From Camelus dromedarius (taxonomy: Eukaryota): DNA of 64,000 nucleotides. The stretch covers positions 91,700,001 through 91,764,000 of the forward strand of contig NC_087436.1 in NCBI RefSeq assembly GCF_036321535.1, written 5' to 3'. The position numbers were made by a program, and so were the translations under genes. Below the pieces are notes generated by a model. It did not search any database and was not told the origin of the DNA. It worked only from the letters and a program-made list of their open reading frames with translations. Position 1 is the first letter of the stretch. Each line of letters begins with the position of its first letter. Below are positions 23,010 through 37,039 of the stretch, piece by piece.

Positions 23010-25480
23010 ATTTTGAAAGGCAAGTTTTTGTGTTGTTATTGCTGTTGCTAAATTCAATGTTTATATTCACAGAATTGTTCAACCAATCAATTCTAGAGCC
23101 CCCATTTCAACCCCAATTTTTTCAACCCCAAAAGAAACCCCACATCCATTATCAGTCACTCCCCACTCCCCCTCGTTCTCCCCATCCTAGGCAACCATTA
23201 TAGATTTGATTATTCTGGACATTTCATATAAATAGAATCACACTTTTTTTGTGACTGGTTTCTGTCACTTAGCATAGTGTCTTCAAGATTTATCAGTGGA
23301 ATAGCATTATCTACATTTTATTTTTTTCAACGCCAAATAATATCTTATTGTATCAATATACCGTATTTTATTCAGTCATAAACTGTTTCCACCCTTTGGC
23401 TATTATTTATAATGCTGCTTTGAAAATTTATGTACAAATTTTTACGTGAAATTAGCTTTTCATTTCTCTTGGTTATATACCTAGGAGTGTAATTGCTGAA
23501 TCATTTAGAAACTTCAGGTTTACTTTTTAAGGAACTTTCAGACTATCTTCCAAAGTGACTGCACATTCTTACCAGCAGTGTATAGGTTCCATTTTCTCCA
23601 TACTTCATCAATACTTGTTATTTGATTATTATGCTATTTTGATTATAGTCATCAAATGAGTATGAAGTAGTATATCATTGTGATTTTGGCTTTTTTCCCT
23701 AATGACTTATGAGTTTAACCAACTTCTATGTGTTTATTTGTCTTTTGTACATCTTTTTTTTTTTTAGAAATGTCTATTCAGATGCTTCATTCATTTTTAA
23801 AATTTGGGTTATTTATCTTTTATTATTAGGTTGAAATGTTTATATATTCTAGATATGGTAAGTTTATAAGGTATAAGATTGGCACAAATCTTCTCCATAC
23901 TTTTCAATTTTTATTTTCTCAATGGTATCTTCTGAAGCACAAAAGGTTTTAATTTTGATGAAGTCCAATTTTCTATTTTAACTTATGTGACCTAACTCAT
24001 ATTTTAGTCCCATATTTTCTTTTAAGAACTTTATCATTTTAGTTATCATATTTAGGTCTAGATTTTATTTTGAGTTAGTTTTTGTGTGTACTGTGAGAAA
24101 GGAGTCTAATTTAATTCATTAAAAAAGATTCTTCTTTTCCCCATTGATTTGTCTTGGAATCATTGTCAAAAATCAAGTGAATGTAAATGTGAGAGTTTAT
24201 TTTTTATCTCTCAATTCTATTTATTTTTCTGCATTTCTAACTTTATACCAGTACCAAATTGTCTTGGTTAAAGCAGATTTATAATAAGTTTTGAAATTCG
24301 GACGTGTGAGTTCTCCAAAATTGTTTTTCTTTTGCACAGTTGTTTTCTCTAATTTACCTATTATTGAAAATAGGATGTTAAAATAGCTATCTACTGTTAC
24401 TGAATTGTCTATTTTCCCTTTCAGTTCTCTCAGTCTTTATATTGTGTATTTTGGGGGCCAATTGTTAAGTTCATATGTAATTTATAACTTTTATATCTTC
24501 CTTGTGAATTGAGACTTCTTATTATGAAATGTTCCTGTATGTCTCTATTTTTTTATTATTGATTTAAAGTCTATTTATCAGATGTTGGTATAACTACATC
24601 AGTTTTCTGCGATTGTTGCTTTCCAAACTTTTATTTTTAACCTATTTGGAGGTTTGATTCTAAAGTGTGTCACCTCTAAATTCTAAATAGTTGGATTTTT
24701 TAAGTCTAGTTTTACAAATTTGCCTTTTGATCACATTATTTAATCCACTCTTACTTAATATTATTGATATAGTTGTATTTGCATTATTTCACTTTACTTT
24801 TTGTTTTCCATATGTCTCTTGTGATTTTTGTTCCTGTGTTACTCATGTATGGCATTTTTTGGCATTAATTGAATATTTTCTAGTATAATATTTTAACTCC
24901 CTTACTGTTTTTTCACTATATATTGTTTTAGTTATTTCCTCAGTAGTTTTTCTAGAGTTTACCATTTATATCTCAGCTCATCCACTTCAGATTTATGCTA
25001 ACTTCAACAAGATATAGAAATGTTGCTCCTATATAGCTCTCTTTCCTGTTCCTTCTCTTTGTGTTTTATTACAGTTGTTCATATGTGTTAGTGACTCAAC
25101 AATACATTGTTACAATTATTCCTTCAGATAATTTTTTTTTCTCTTGAAGTAGAGAGAAGAAAAGAAAGTAGGTATATATTGAGTTCCTTTTCATTCCCAT
25201 CTGCATCCTTGATGATATTTTTGTCAAATATATTGCATTTCTTTCTTTTATAACTCCAACACAATTTATAAGTATATAGATATAGACATAGATACAAATA
25301 TATGCAATTGTTTTAGAAATCTGTTAAGAATAGAAAGAAGATGTAATACATATTTGTAATGGGGCTTCTATACTTAAAAAATTTTCTTTATCAGTTTACT
25401 TTGTTTTTTGCTATTGCTACTTTTTTAGTTACTATATAAGCTCATTATATTTCAATTTGAAGAGAATTTAGCTGCTAATT
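23010..25480 (-). mobile_element. Old L1 (L1MB-like 3' end and ORF2 C-terminus to ~24350, then a further old L1M segment)
   Basis: 'ttctggacatttcatataaatagaatcac', 'tatatacctaggagtg', 'ttttaattttgatgaagtccaattt', 'ttgtcaaaaatcaagtga'. Confidence 0.75.
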
Positions 25481-25519
25481 TATTGAATTTCCTTTGTACA
25501 TGACAAGACAAAAATACTC

Positions 25520-26590
25520 TCTGCATTTACTCAAACTCAGAATGTCTCAACTGAATACATATTCTCAAATATATCCCTCCTCTTGTTTTCTTATCTCACT
25601 GTCCATGAAAAGACACCACTGCACCTCTAGTCATCCAAACTCAAATCTAGAAACTCCCTCTAACTCTTCTTCTCTCTCGATTTCCAATTGGCAAGTCCTA
25701 TCCATGTTTTATTTCCTTCACATCTTCTATAACCTCCTTGCCACTGCCTGGGGGAGACAGTCATCACCTCTCCTCCCTTCCATCTATCCCTCATTCTTTC
25801 ACAGGGGGAAATGACTATTCTAAAGTACATTATTCTAAAGTACAGTGATTATGCTGCGTACTTAGTAGCTCAGAATGCCCAGTACAATAAATGTCCTTCA
25901 TCATCTGCTCCTTGATCAATTTTCTATATATAAAGTGGATAAACCGCAAGTTTATACTGTATGGCACAGGGAACTATAATGTAACCTATAATTGTAGTAA
26001 CCTATAATGAAATAGAATATGAAAGTGAATATACTATGACAGGAACATTATGCTGTACATCAGAAATTGACACAACATTGTAAACTGACTATACTTCACA
26101 AACCAAGTAATAGTGGTTTTGCCTAAAGTAAGAATAAAGAAAAGAACAAAACAGGCAAAATTCTCTCCACTCGTGGACTTTACATTCAAATGGGAAGAAA
26201 AGAAAAATAATAAATAATAATTAGTATTAATAATAGTTACTATGGAGAATATAGAGCAAGCTCAGGGAAACTGGAGTTGGATTTTGGAAGAGATTGCAAT
26301 TTTGTATAGTGTGGTTAGGGGAGGTGTCATTGAGGTGATATTTGTGCAAGGACTTGAACTCCATGTAAATTGTAAGCTGCACAACTCCTCTTACCTTACA
26401 CTATTTTTCCATAGTACTTCTTACTTTCTAACACACACATACGTACATTAATTACTTATTTATTATGATTCTCTCCCCCACAACTAAAAGATAAGCTTCC
26501 TAAAATATACGTATTTGCCTTGTTCATAGATTTCTTGTTCCAGAAATAATATTCAGCACCTAATAATCTCTCAATAAATATTTCATGACT
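25520..26590. mobile_element. Cluster of L2 fragments in both orientations, interrupted by a short L1 3' end
   Basis: 'ctcaaactcagaatgtctcaactgaa', 'ctccactcgtggactttacattc', 'ggttaggggaggtgtcattgaggtgatatttg', 'ctcaataaatattt'. Confidence 0.5.
25924..26100 (+). mobile_element. Short L1 3' terminus
   Basis: 'tactgtatggcacagggaactata...gctgtacatcagaaattgacacaacattgtaaactgactatacttca'. Confidence 0.85.
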
Positions 26591-27104
26591 AAAGTTACCA
26601 CATTAAATTGGACTTCAGCAATACTTGAAGAAACCATTAAGTTAAAACAAATCTAGTTAACACCCAGACTCATATATTGCAAAATAAAAGTTTGCCATGG
26701 AATCTCGTGAAAAAAAAAAAATCACACAGATTCTTGGCTCCATATATCAGAGTCTCACAAGTTAACACCAATGTGTAAAGCCTGAAGCAACAGCAGCTGG
26801 AAAAACATATGTAACTCTGCTCCCCGCCGGTTCAGAAGGATAGACACAACACAGAAACAGAAACGAGAGCAACAAAGATTACACAAATATCCTGGCAGCA
26901 GAATTTACTTTAGTTTATAATGAACACTTGTATCTTGACTCTTTAAATATCAGCACAGTCTGAACATTTAATTTTCTAACGTGAAAGCAATTTGCTCTAA
27001 TGTTAGAACAGAATTTCAAGGCTAAATATCTGTGTTCCATTTCAGTCTTCTCAGACGTGTTTCTGAATTAATTTCCCTCTTTCAGTAATATTTCAAACTG
27101 TTAT

Positions 27105-27310
27105 GTATTGATTGCTAGTTATATGCTGGACATCTTTTCATATATAATCTTCATGAAATTCTTACAAGGTAGAATTTATTATCTCTGTTTTATGGTTGAG
27201 AATAGAAGGAGGAGAAAGGTTAGGTAAGCTGCCTCAAAATCACATATTGAAAGGTGTAGCGGAGACTGGAGGCTGCATTTGCCAGCTTTCAAAGCTCAGG
27301 CTTTTAACCA
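27105..27310 (-). mobile_element. MIR SINE
   Basis: 'aatcttcatgaaattcttacaaggtag...tattatctctgttttatgg...aaaggttaggtaagctgcc'. Confidence 0.65.
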
Positions 27311-28829
27311 TTAAGTGGTATCCATGGGAGGTGGTTAGCTCAAGGTCTTCCTACTCTGCCATCTTGGCTCCTCCTCTCCCCTTCCTTAAATTAAATTTAA
27401 AAAGTATTATATCAACATATATACTGTACAGAATTGTTCCCTAAGTAGTTTTTTTAAAGACAGAAATGTTACTGCACTTAAAAAAGAGAAAACTTGACAT
27501 TTTGCTTTAAACTACATATTTTTCAGAAAATGAGGAGAAATCTAACTTCATATCAAATGTTTAAGGGTCTCCAGAATTTCTTTTTATTTTTAATATTTTA
27601 AATGAAATGATCATACTAACTGTAGGAACTTTAAATGGTAAATTTTAAAATAAAAAAGAAGAAAGTAAGATCACCAAGCATGACCCCACTCAGAGACAAC
27701 TACTGTCACTATTTGCTAGGAAATGCCTCCAGTATCTTTATTGCTCATGTATGTAAATATATTCATGTAGACACAGTTCTTAGTTTTGAAAAAATAAAAA
27801 GTTGTCTAAACTCAGCCTTGTCTTTGAAATAATATTACTTTTGTTTTTGTACTGATTATTATTGCAGAAATCACAAATTTGACTAGTGTCCATAATATGT
27901 GATAATTGTCTTTAAATGATATTTTCTTAAAATACATATTTTCTATACATTTTTTTAAAAAGGGAAGGAAGGTTCATGGTTTGTACTGGTTTTATTCTTA
28001 AAACCCAAAGAATTAATACTGAAATCATGATGAGTAATTAATGAGTAATTAAATTAATAACTAGAAGTCATCATGGAAAGGAAGTAATATTTAGTTACTA
28101 AATCGTTAGTCATTATGAGTACTGATCATTAAGTAATCGTTTCATAAAAACTATGTGATATTTTATAAATACATTGAAAATATTTTATTGATCTTCCTGG
28201 CTCTCTTTCCACCATAGTTATTTCTTAAATTCATTAAGTAGTAAACAGTGACTGGGTGTCAGATTCTGGGCTGACTCTGCAAATTAAAGATGTCCTTTTT
28301 CAGAGAAACTATGAGATTCCTACTTGTATGTTCAACTTAAGGTATATTCTAAGGCCAGCTCTGCTCAGTCAATAAAAAACAAGTGTTTATAGGCCAGTAG
28401 ATCAAGGATTCATCATGATTCTTCTCTGTTCTCATATTTGGATTGAAGTACTAGGACTTTTTCTACCTTGTTGTGTATCCCTGTTCCAGAAGCTGTCCCT
28501 GTCTTCTCCCCTGAGTCTGAATCTTGTCCTGATTTTCTGTGTGATACGTGTATTGCTTCAGGCCTGTTTTCTTTCCACCACAAAGGTCTCACAGATCTCA
28601 GTAGTTCAATGACAGAATTTCTTTTTATCCACTCATTTAATATTTATTTAGTATTTTCAATGTCAGACACTCCACTAAACACTAATTGTGTAGTGGTGAG
28701 TAAAATAAACCATAATATATTTGCCCATTTTAGGTCAGGCATAGTCCTTTTACAATCAAGATTGGTTATACCAATAATAATTATTATAGGTTAACTAGCA
28801 ATTGTAATGGCAGTTCTATGATATAACCA

Positions 28830-28882
28830 CATACACACATGCACACACATATGCACACATGCACACATACAAGTACATATAC
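28830..28882. repeat. Imperfect (CA)/(CATG) microsatellite
   Basis: catacacacatgcacacacatatgcacacatgcacacatac. Confidence 0.8.
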
Positions 28883-29249
28883 AGTAACTAGGAAGCCCTT
28901 GCACGACCATTTCCTTATTCAGTTAGATATTGATTTACAGTCACCTTGATGTTAAGCTTACCAGTACAAGCATGCCAATAGGTTGAAAAGCATTAAGTAC
29001 ATATTTTCCTAAATTTGAATTCAACCTTTAATTTTATAGTAACTAATATAGTAACAGAATTATTAGTTTCTTAGTCATTCTGGCAATGTGATTAGCAGTA
29101 GCATGCATTTTAGATTTTTGCAGCTGAATGTATTTAGTTACATTAAGACAATAAATTCCTTAAGTAAAAGTTTAAGAACATTTACTAGCCCATATAAAGA
29201 ATTTATATCTATCATACAGCTTCTGCAACTGATAAATATAGCCCTAAAT

Positions 29250-29452
29250 CAGGAATCAGCAGACAGGTCAAACCCATGGGCCAAATATTACCCTTGGTGT
29301 TCTTTGGTATGGCCCTTGAGCGAAAAATAATTTCTATATTTTTATAAGGTTGTAAAAGAATTCAAAAAGGGATGTGTGATTGTGCCTATACCTGGTCTGC
29401 AAAACCTGAAATACGATCAGCCTCTTTACGGGAAAAGTTGTGCCAACTCCTG
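29250..29452 (+). mobile_element. MER58-family (hAT-Charlie) non-autonomous transposon
   Basis: Imperfect TIRs caggaatcagca...tgccaactcctg; internal 'ccatgggccaaat', 'ggtctgcaaaacctgaaata', 'ctttacgggaaaagtt'. Confidence 0.8.
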
Positions 29453-30399
29453 ATGAAGACTTTGAATCAAGATTCTTACTCAACAGTCTGGGTAACATAT
29501 CCAAATGCTAATAGAATGCTATTGAAATCTAAATTAGATATCTCAGTTTGTGTCTAGAAGTTGAAAATGCAGATTTATTAGAAAAAGTAAATGGAGAATA
29601 ATTCTCTTGTATTTCTCACTGATATTTTTAAAAATAAAAATGCTTACTCAGACATCTGCACATGGTTTTTGTATCTAGCCAAATTGAAGACCTATGGACA
29701 CTTAAAGAAAATAATATATCTTCTAAGTTATTGAAGGATTTCAGAACTGTCAGTTTTTCTTGGAAAATTTGAACATGATAACTCAGTCCAATGAGGGTCT
29801 ATTTATACCATGTTGTTCCTTTCATTTTTTGCTTATACAATATTGATAGTTTAAGTGTTTTAATGAATATTTCATTTATTTATTTCTATGGCTCACAGAA
29901 TGTGACTAAGAGCTTAGAGAATCATTAATAATGGAAGGGACTCCCTTGCTTTTGTTGAGTTTCCTACGTCAACTTGGCAGAAGCGTAATGCAACATATGG
30001 GTCTCACCACAGGCGTTTAACTTCAACCTATTCAGTTTTCTAACACAGCCAGAAGTAGTAGAGAATTCTAATATTGTAGAGACCTTGATGGAAAACATAT
30101 CCTCTTGATATTACTATATCAAAAATTTTCACATTCATTATAAATAGGCTTAATCAGAATCAATTACTGTTCAGCATCCTGAGAGTTGAAAAAAAAAGTG
30201 TAATAAATCTCAAAAAAATTGTTCTTTAATAAAGTGGATAGAATCTGTAGGATGTCTCTGGTCCCCAATGTTGGGGCCAAATGTCAATGTACATGGTTCC
30301 TTTATTTGTAAAATGCAACCTAACGGTAACTGTCCAGTCTGGGGTTGTGAAAACATGTGAGATTAACTTCCCAATTTTAATAATTAGACAATAGTTAAA

Positions 30400-31320
30400 T
30401 AATGGTAGAAAATCTATAAGAACCTATGTAAAAAATATCATTGTTTTTATGAGTATATAATGAAATGTTTAGAGATAATGAGGTATCATGTCTGCAGCTT
30501 ACTCTCAAGCATTTCAGAAAGCATAAATATGCTACAAACACCTACACAAGTACATGTGTATATGTATTCATGTGTGTGTGTATTCATCCATTATTTTGAA
30601 CCTTAGATGCCATGATTTCTAGCCTTTGCCATGAACTATATATACTCACATTGACAAACATAGCTTTACCATTCCCCTTACTTTTAGGCAGAATTTTTCC
30701 CCCAGCTATAGGCTCCTGTCTTCACTTTTCTTAACTCTTTAACTTTCAAAACCTTGCAATTTAAAATTCTTTCTTGTCTCTTAGAAATAAAAATCTTCTC
30801 ATAGCCTTTTTCTAGTTTTACAACCCAGCAATGTCTTTCTCAAGGACCTAGGAGTCATCCCTTTAAAATATAATCATCAAGAAAGATAACCTTCCTATCT
30901 CCTCATCTCTGTGGGAGGGGAGGAGCCTAACTTAGATAACCACCAATTAGCAAAGATAGTCACATTGACCAGCCTTAGCTATAAAGTCCTCTAGTACTTA
31001 TCTATTAGATCACCCCAGGGTTTAAAAATGTCCCCACCTTTTGCTTTGTAAGAATTGAGCTCAGTCCCTCTCTCTTCTATTCTAATAGTCTTAAATAAAG
31101 TCTTCTTTGTCTATATCCATCAGTGCAATTTTTTGTTGACAATGCACAGACATATACACATACATACACACACATTCATACTCATACAAAGTGAAAATGA
31201 CTAAATAAATATAATAACATTAACTTTTGGGAAACCTGAGTAAAGGGCAAATAAGAATTTTTTTTCTTACTAGTTTTCAACTTCTCTATACTTTAGTAAT
31301 TACTTTGAAATAAAAAGCCA
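30400..31320 (+). mobile_element. Ancient L1ME-like 3'UTR interrupted by an LTR
   Basis: 'tgaaatgtttagagataatgaggtatcatgtctgcagcttactctcaa' lies before the LTR and 'gggaaacctgagtaaaggg...ttttcaacttctctata' after it. Confidence 0.55.
30590..31141 (+). mobile_element. ERV1 solo LTR, MER34/MER39-like
   Basis: 'aatgtctttctcaaggacctaggag', 'tctctgtgggaggggaggagcctaactt', poly(A) signal in 'gtcttaaataaagtcttc', ends 'ttgaca'. Confidence 0.7.
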
Positions 31321-31769
31321 TATAATCATGCAAAAAAATGTACAAGATATGTTCTATAATATCTAGAAAACTATTTAAATGAAAATTCAAATACTCAATT
31401 CCAAAAGTACACTGAGGATACATGCTTTCCATAGCCATATCTAAAACAATCCTGTAGCCACACCAAGTTGAGATGTATCTGCCAACACCATAAATTGTTA
31501 AGTACACTAAGAAATAATTGTGGTGTGGTATTGCACATAATCATGCTCAAGAAGCTGGAGGCAAATTTTGTTCTTTAGGACAAATGTAAAGTTTCTTCCT
31601 ACTTGAAGACCATTTAACAATGTAAACTACATATAATATTGTACATGAAATTCAAAGGTAGAGATCAAAGAACTGTTGAGACTTAAAATTAGAGTTATTC
31701 TAATCTTACCAGTTATGTAGTGGCTTCTCACACTCAAATAGTAATTTGCTCCATGATATCCATAAGAAG

Positions 31770-32090
31770 TGACCATATTGTGCTTGCATAATTATTCCTA
31801 GTAGCAGGGACCTCGTTCATTCTAATTTTGGACTTTTTTTTATATTAAAAAGAAACCTTACCTTTTCACAATTTATACTTATTAGTTCCTGATCCATCCT
31901 CTGGAAAACTTGAAAGTAGTGCATAAGTGTGTCTTTTAAATATTTAAAACAGCTTTCATTCATCTTTTTAAGCTAAATATTCTAACCAGTTCCTCTTTAA
32001 CCACCCTGGCCTCTATCTCAGTGCTATTTTTTTTGAAAAGAATGCAATATTTGAATTAAACAGAGTAACTGAGAAATGGTCAGACAAACA
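31770..32090 (-). mobile_element. L3/CR1 LINE remnant
   Basis: 'aaatatttaaaacagct', 'gctaaatattctaaccagttcc' and 'gaattaaacagagtaactgagaaatggtcagac' follow the order of reverse-strand L3 motifs. Confidence 0.5.
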
Positions 32091-32119
32091 CCTAATGCTA
32101 GAGGTGATCAAATGATGGC

Positions 32120-32425
32120 AGTCACATCCAGCTTCCCTGGACAATGGTGACAGCAAAGCTAGAGGAAGAGCAAGATGTCCAGCATGGGCCATGGTGAAGG
32201 GGCAAGATATGGTATCTGTGGTTCAGAATAGTGGTTGTGTTGTTTTCACCAAATATTTTCTGGAACAAGTCTGTGTTCCTTACTTCTACCCAGCTTCCTT
32301 TGTTCCTATCCATTTTACAAGTCTCATGTTTCAACATCTTCAGCAAATCTTTCAGTCTATTCCTTTGCTGTTTGAATCAGCCAGAGACAGTTTAATTTGC
32401 TCAGTTCTAGGAACCCCAACTGATA
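32120..32425 (+). mobile_element. Old MaLR/ERVL LTR fragment
   Basis: LTR-type 3' end 'gctgtttgaatcagccagagacagtttaatttgctcag...gaaccccaactgata'. Confidence 0.45.
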
Positions 32426-34974
32426 TTGATATTTCTTTTTACCTAATCACCTGATTATTGAACATTTTTTTCTATGAAGACTATGTGTCAAATGCTTCTG
32501 TGAGACTTAGGGAAAGAAACTGAACCTCTCTGGACTTCAGGTTCTTACTTATTAATTAAAATTATTTATGCTACCTAATAGCGGAGTTGAGGATAATAGA
32601 TACAATAATGAAAGAATCAATTCTAACACAGAAACTGGATCAGAGTAGGAAAGTAGGAAATAAAGTTATTTCCCTTTTGTACCACCCTTCTCCTGCCTTT
32701 CTTACTTGTTTTTTGCTTCTTTGTTCATTCTAATCTCCACCTATTCTTTTCAGGTGTAATTCACACTTGTTAGCAGACAAGGAATGAGTGCAGAAGTCAT
32801 CGTGCTCTTTAAAAGAAGTCCAGAAGAACTGATCTATATAATCATTTTGTGAAATAGCAACAAATTTACTAACAAAATATATGAGTATATCTTCTGTAAC
32901 CAAAAAGTAATACATATAAGATTTTTTTGTAATCATATTTCTGACATTTCTATTAATATTACTTAGCTTTTTTGGCTTTTGTTATTTATTTTATTTCTTG
33001 CTTGATGTCAAAGGTTGAAGAATATTAAGCAGGAAAACTGAAAATTGAACATTTTTATTATTATTTGTTTTCATTTTTTATATACTGTTGAATTGGGAAA
33101 ACTTGACATTATTTGGCTTTCATATAAGTGTGCTACCTAATATTCCATGGACACCTACTTTAAGATCTAATGGTATGATTCTATAGCACCTTGATTTGTC
33201 ACAAAATCCTCCTACATTGAAATATTTTCTAATTTCTGAAAAAGGACTGTGGACTCTAGACTCTACTTTTCAAATCTATTACATTTGATTAACAATATAT
33301 TTGCTAAATGTTAAAAATACTGTTTGACAAGCTAGTTTTTTTTCCCCACTCTGTGGCATTTATTTTCTCATTCCTGAGCAGAAACCTCTGACAACGTGTG
33401 AGGTGGGCTCTGTCATTAGCCTGATCCCAAATGCAGCAGTTTCAGAGAGCTCTGACATCTTTCTAAATTGCTTTAAGATCTCATTATTAAGTATATCTTC
33501 ATCTCAAGGGAGAAATATATACTCGGTCTTTGCTCTATAATTTTTTTTACAATCATTCTCTTTAGCTCCAGTTAATAATCAAAGTATCTTAATTCTATTT
33601 CAATAGGGTCTCTTGAATCCTATTATACTTTTCATATCCTTACTGTCTTAGTCTGAACATTATCAACTTTCATATTGACTGTTACAATATCCGCCTATTC
33701 ATCTCTTTTCCTCAAGTTTCCAAACCCACACTTCTGTCTTCAAAATGTAGAAAGTCTAGGATTAGTTCATGGAAGATCTGTATAGTTCTCTAGACATTAT
33801 TTTTTAAGCAATGGAGAACATTAAAAGAAGCCATATTATCTATGTCATGTTCCTGTTCCCATTATAGGTAATATGTCCTTAAGCATTATCAATTCTATCA
33901 ACTTTTCTACTATGAAAGTGAGAGTTGCTGGACTATTTCCCAGATACTTCATGACATGTCAGTCATGTGCGTAAATATATCTGCAAACATGCAAAAAATA
34001 ATAAGCCAAATGGAAATAGGAAAAATGAAAGACATTATTAATCGTAAAGCTAGTTTTAAACCTATATATGTATGTATATCTATTTTGTATAATAACAGTT
34101 CTTATCTCTGTGCAGTGTCACAGTGAGCATTTTACAGAGTTATCCTTAGTATATTATAGTACTATGTATGTTGTTTTTTATTTTAAAAATGAAATGTGAC
34201 TAGATCTATGATGCTTCAAAATATCCAACAACAAATATTGCTTAAGAAGTTATCAAAAGAAAATGTCATGAATTCTGAAAAAAAGGTAACAAAAGTCAGG
34301 GTTATTCTTAAAGGCCCAAATGAAGTAATTTTACATAAAATGTTGTAATAATATTTGTGATGGATAATAAACTGAACTAACTTTTAAAGAAATCTGAATC
34401 AAGAAGATAAGTGAAGAGAGAGGTGCAAAATTTTAAAATTATACTGTGTTCAAATACACAACTAGAAAAGGACAAAAGTCATCTAAGAACATAAGAGAAA
34501 AGTTAGTGATTAATATATGAGCAATAAAATTGTAAAGAAGTGAACAAAGTCATCAGATACATGAGTATAGATTGGGACAGTGTTTAGGCCATGGAGAAAT
34601 AGATGGGTAAATACAAGTTTGGTCAATGGTAACACTAGCTTCCTGACTGTTAATTAGCCGTCTTGACATTTAACAGATGATTTAGCTAAAGTTTACTCCA
34701 TTCAGCAAAGGTTACACAAGTGGTAGCAATCAATAAAGAATTAGAATTGATTTTTATGAATCAGTTTGATGACTTTTTATGTCAATATAAAAAAATTGTG
34801 ATGGATAAGTTAAAATCATCCTTCAAAACAAATTAATATTAATAAACATCTTGAATAATATTAAATGATGTGCATTAAAATAATTTATGTACAATATTTA
34901 TCTGCTAGTGGTCATGTTAAGTATTATTTTAAAATGATAAATTAGAAGTGCACATATGAAATACTTAAGTCAAT

Positions 34975-35997
34975 TTGGCATAAAACCAGAAATTCCACTT
35001 CTGAGTATATCTCCAAAAGAAATGAAATCACAATTTCAAAGAGATATCTGACCCCTCCCACCCCCATATTCATGGAAGCATTATTTACAATACCCAAGAC
35101 CAAGACATGGAAACAACCTAAATGTCCATTGATGGATGAATGGATAAAGAAAATATTGTATCATACACAGTGGTCTAATACCCAGTCATAATAAAGAAGA
35201 AAGGCCTGCCATTCATTAAAATATGGACTGAAGGCATTATGCTAAGTGAAAAAAGTAAAAGAGAGAAAGATAAATTATGATCTTACTTATATTTGGATTT
35301 TTTATTTTAAAAGCTCATAGAAACAGGGAACAGATTGGTGGGTGTCAAAGGCAGGGAATAAGGGGTGGGGAAAATGAATGAAGGTGGTCAAAAGGTATAA
35401 CTTCCAGTTATAAGATAGATAAATTCTGGAGATACAATGTGCAGCATGGTGACTATAGTTAACAATGCTGTATTGTGTATTTGAAAGTTGCTGAGGGAAG
35501 ATCTTAAAAGTTTTCATCACCAGAAAAAAAAAAAAAAAGGCATGACTACGTGAAATGATGGATATTAACTAAACTTATTTGCAGTAATCATTTCACAATA
35601 TATACATACATAACACGGGGGTTAGGGGTACGGACTACCTCTTCTCCCATTCAGTCAAAAATCTGCAGACTGCTGTCTCTGCCTCAAAACACAAGAACTG
35701 ATAAATGACTCATTCAAAGGCAGGAAGCTGAAGCAACTGGGACAGAATAAGGACTCAAACCCTAGTTCTTTTCATTTCCACATGTGATCTCTAATCAAGC
35801 ATAAACATTTCCCTATACTTAGCTCATTTAGAGTCTGTAAAATGAAAATATAGGTAATATTGAAAAAATGTGCATGTAAGTGGACCCATGTAGTTCAAAC
35901 CCATGTTGTTCAAGGGTCAACTGTATATGAAATCCCTATGTTGTATACCTTAAACATATACAATATGTCAATTATACCTCAATAAAACTGGACAAAA
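34975..35997 (+). mobile_element. L1MA/MB-like 3' end with a nested Tigger2 derivative
   Basis: 'aattccacttctgagtatat...ggaaacaacctaaatgtccattgatggatgaatggataaagaa' to 'caattatacctcaataaaactgg'. Confidence 0.85.
35612..35923 (-). mobile_element. Non-autonomous Tigger2-family (TcMar) element, left TIR partly lost
   Basis: Right end 'aagtggacccatgtagttcaaacccatgttgttcaagggtcaactg' followed by TA; left end 'aacacgggggttagggg...cagtcaaaaatctgc'. Confidence 0.8.
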
Positions 35998-37039
35998 TAA
36001 GGAATAATACTCTCTTCCATAATTAAAATTCAGTCTCTGTTTATATACAAACATTTGAGTTAGTTCATAGTCCCTGTAAACCACATATGGGAAGACATTC
36101 TGCCTTAAATGAAGCTTGTAGCCAAAACCAAAAACAAATTCTGATTTTTTTCAATACTGGCAACAGAGATGTGTATAATAAAATAAATTTAAAACATTTT
36201 CACCTACAATGCTTTCTAAATTGTTATGTTTATCATTTTGTGGCCACTGTTAACAGCTATCTCCCCCTTTTTCTAGCTTAAAATATTTTAGATAGCTTGA
36301 GAAATATCTATGAGTCTAAACTGTTTTCTTCTAAACAAGAATCTCTCTACTCTTGTTGGTTTGCAAGTTTCTAAGGGATCATTTTAAGTGAGTGGGAAAC
36401 AGTGTTTACTTAATGAAAAGAAAAAAGTTGGCAACATTTCTAATGCACTGTACTTGTAAGCCAAGATACATTAGCACTCTTTCTGGACAGAATATGTTAA
36501 GACATAGACTTACAGGGAAAATGAAAAGGCCTTGATCTCATTCCTGTTTTTAGTATATAGTGTTGACATGCCTCCATCTACAGTTGGCTGAAATTGCCTC
36601 TGAATGGCAATTACCATGCCTGTCTCTGAAGTATAAAAAGGTCAAATTAACAATAAAATAAACTTCTGGCCCCCAAAAGTTATAGTAATAGCTGAAGTGC
36701 TGTGCAAGATTGTGCTAGCTAAACAGTGAAAGTTGCCATTTTATACTTAAATATGCACAAAAATATTTGCATGAATTAGGTTTTTTCCCGTGTAAAAAGA
36801 AGGGTTACTGGTTTGAATATTATGAATGATTATCCTCTAGTGTCATGCAATAAAGTTGACATTACAGTTTTGCTTATCTTTTCATACCTGTGATCTTTTC
36901 ACAGCTATCTACGATTCCATCTCAATTGTAATTTTGTTAACTATTTTCCTTTTGATAGACTATTTTTGCTGTCACACACAATGCTACTAATTATACTTTC
37001 AATTTACCTATTTTTCTCATTGAAATTTCTATAGGACAA

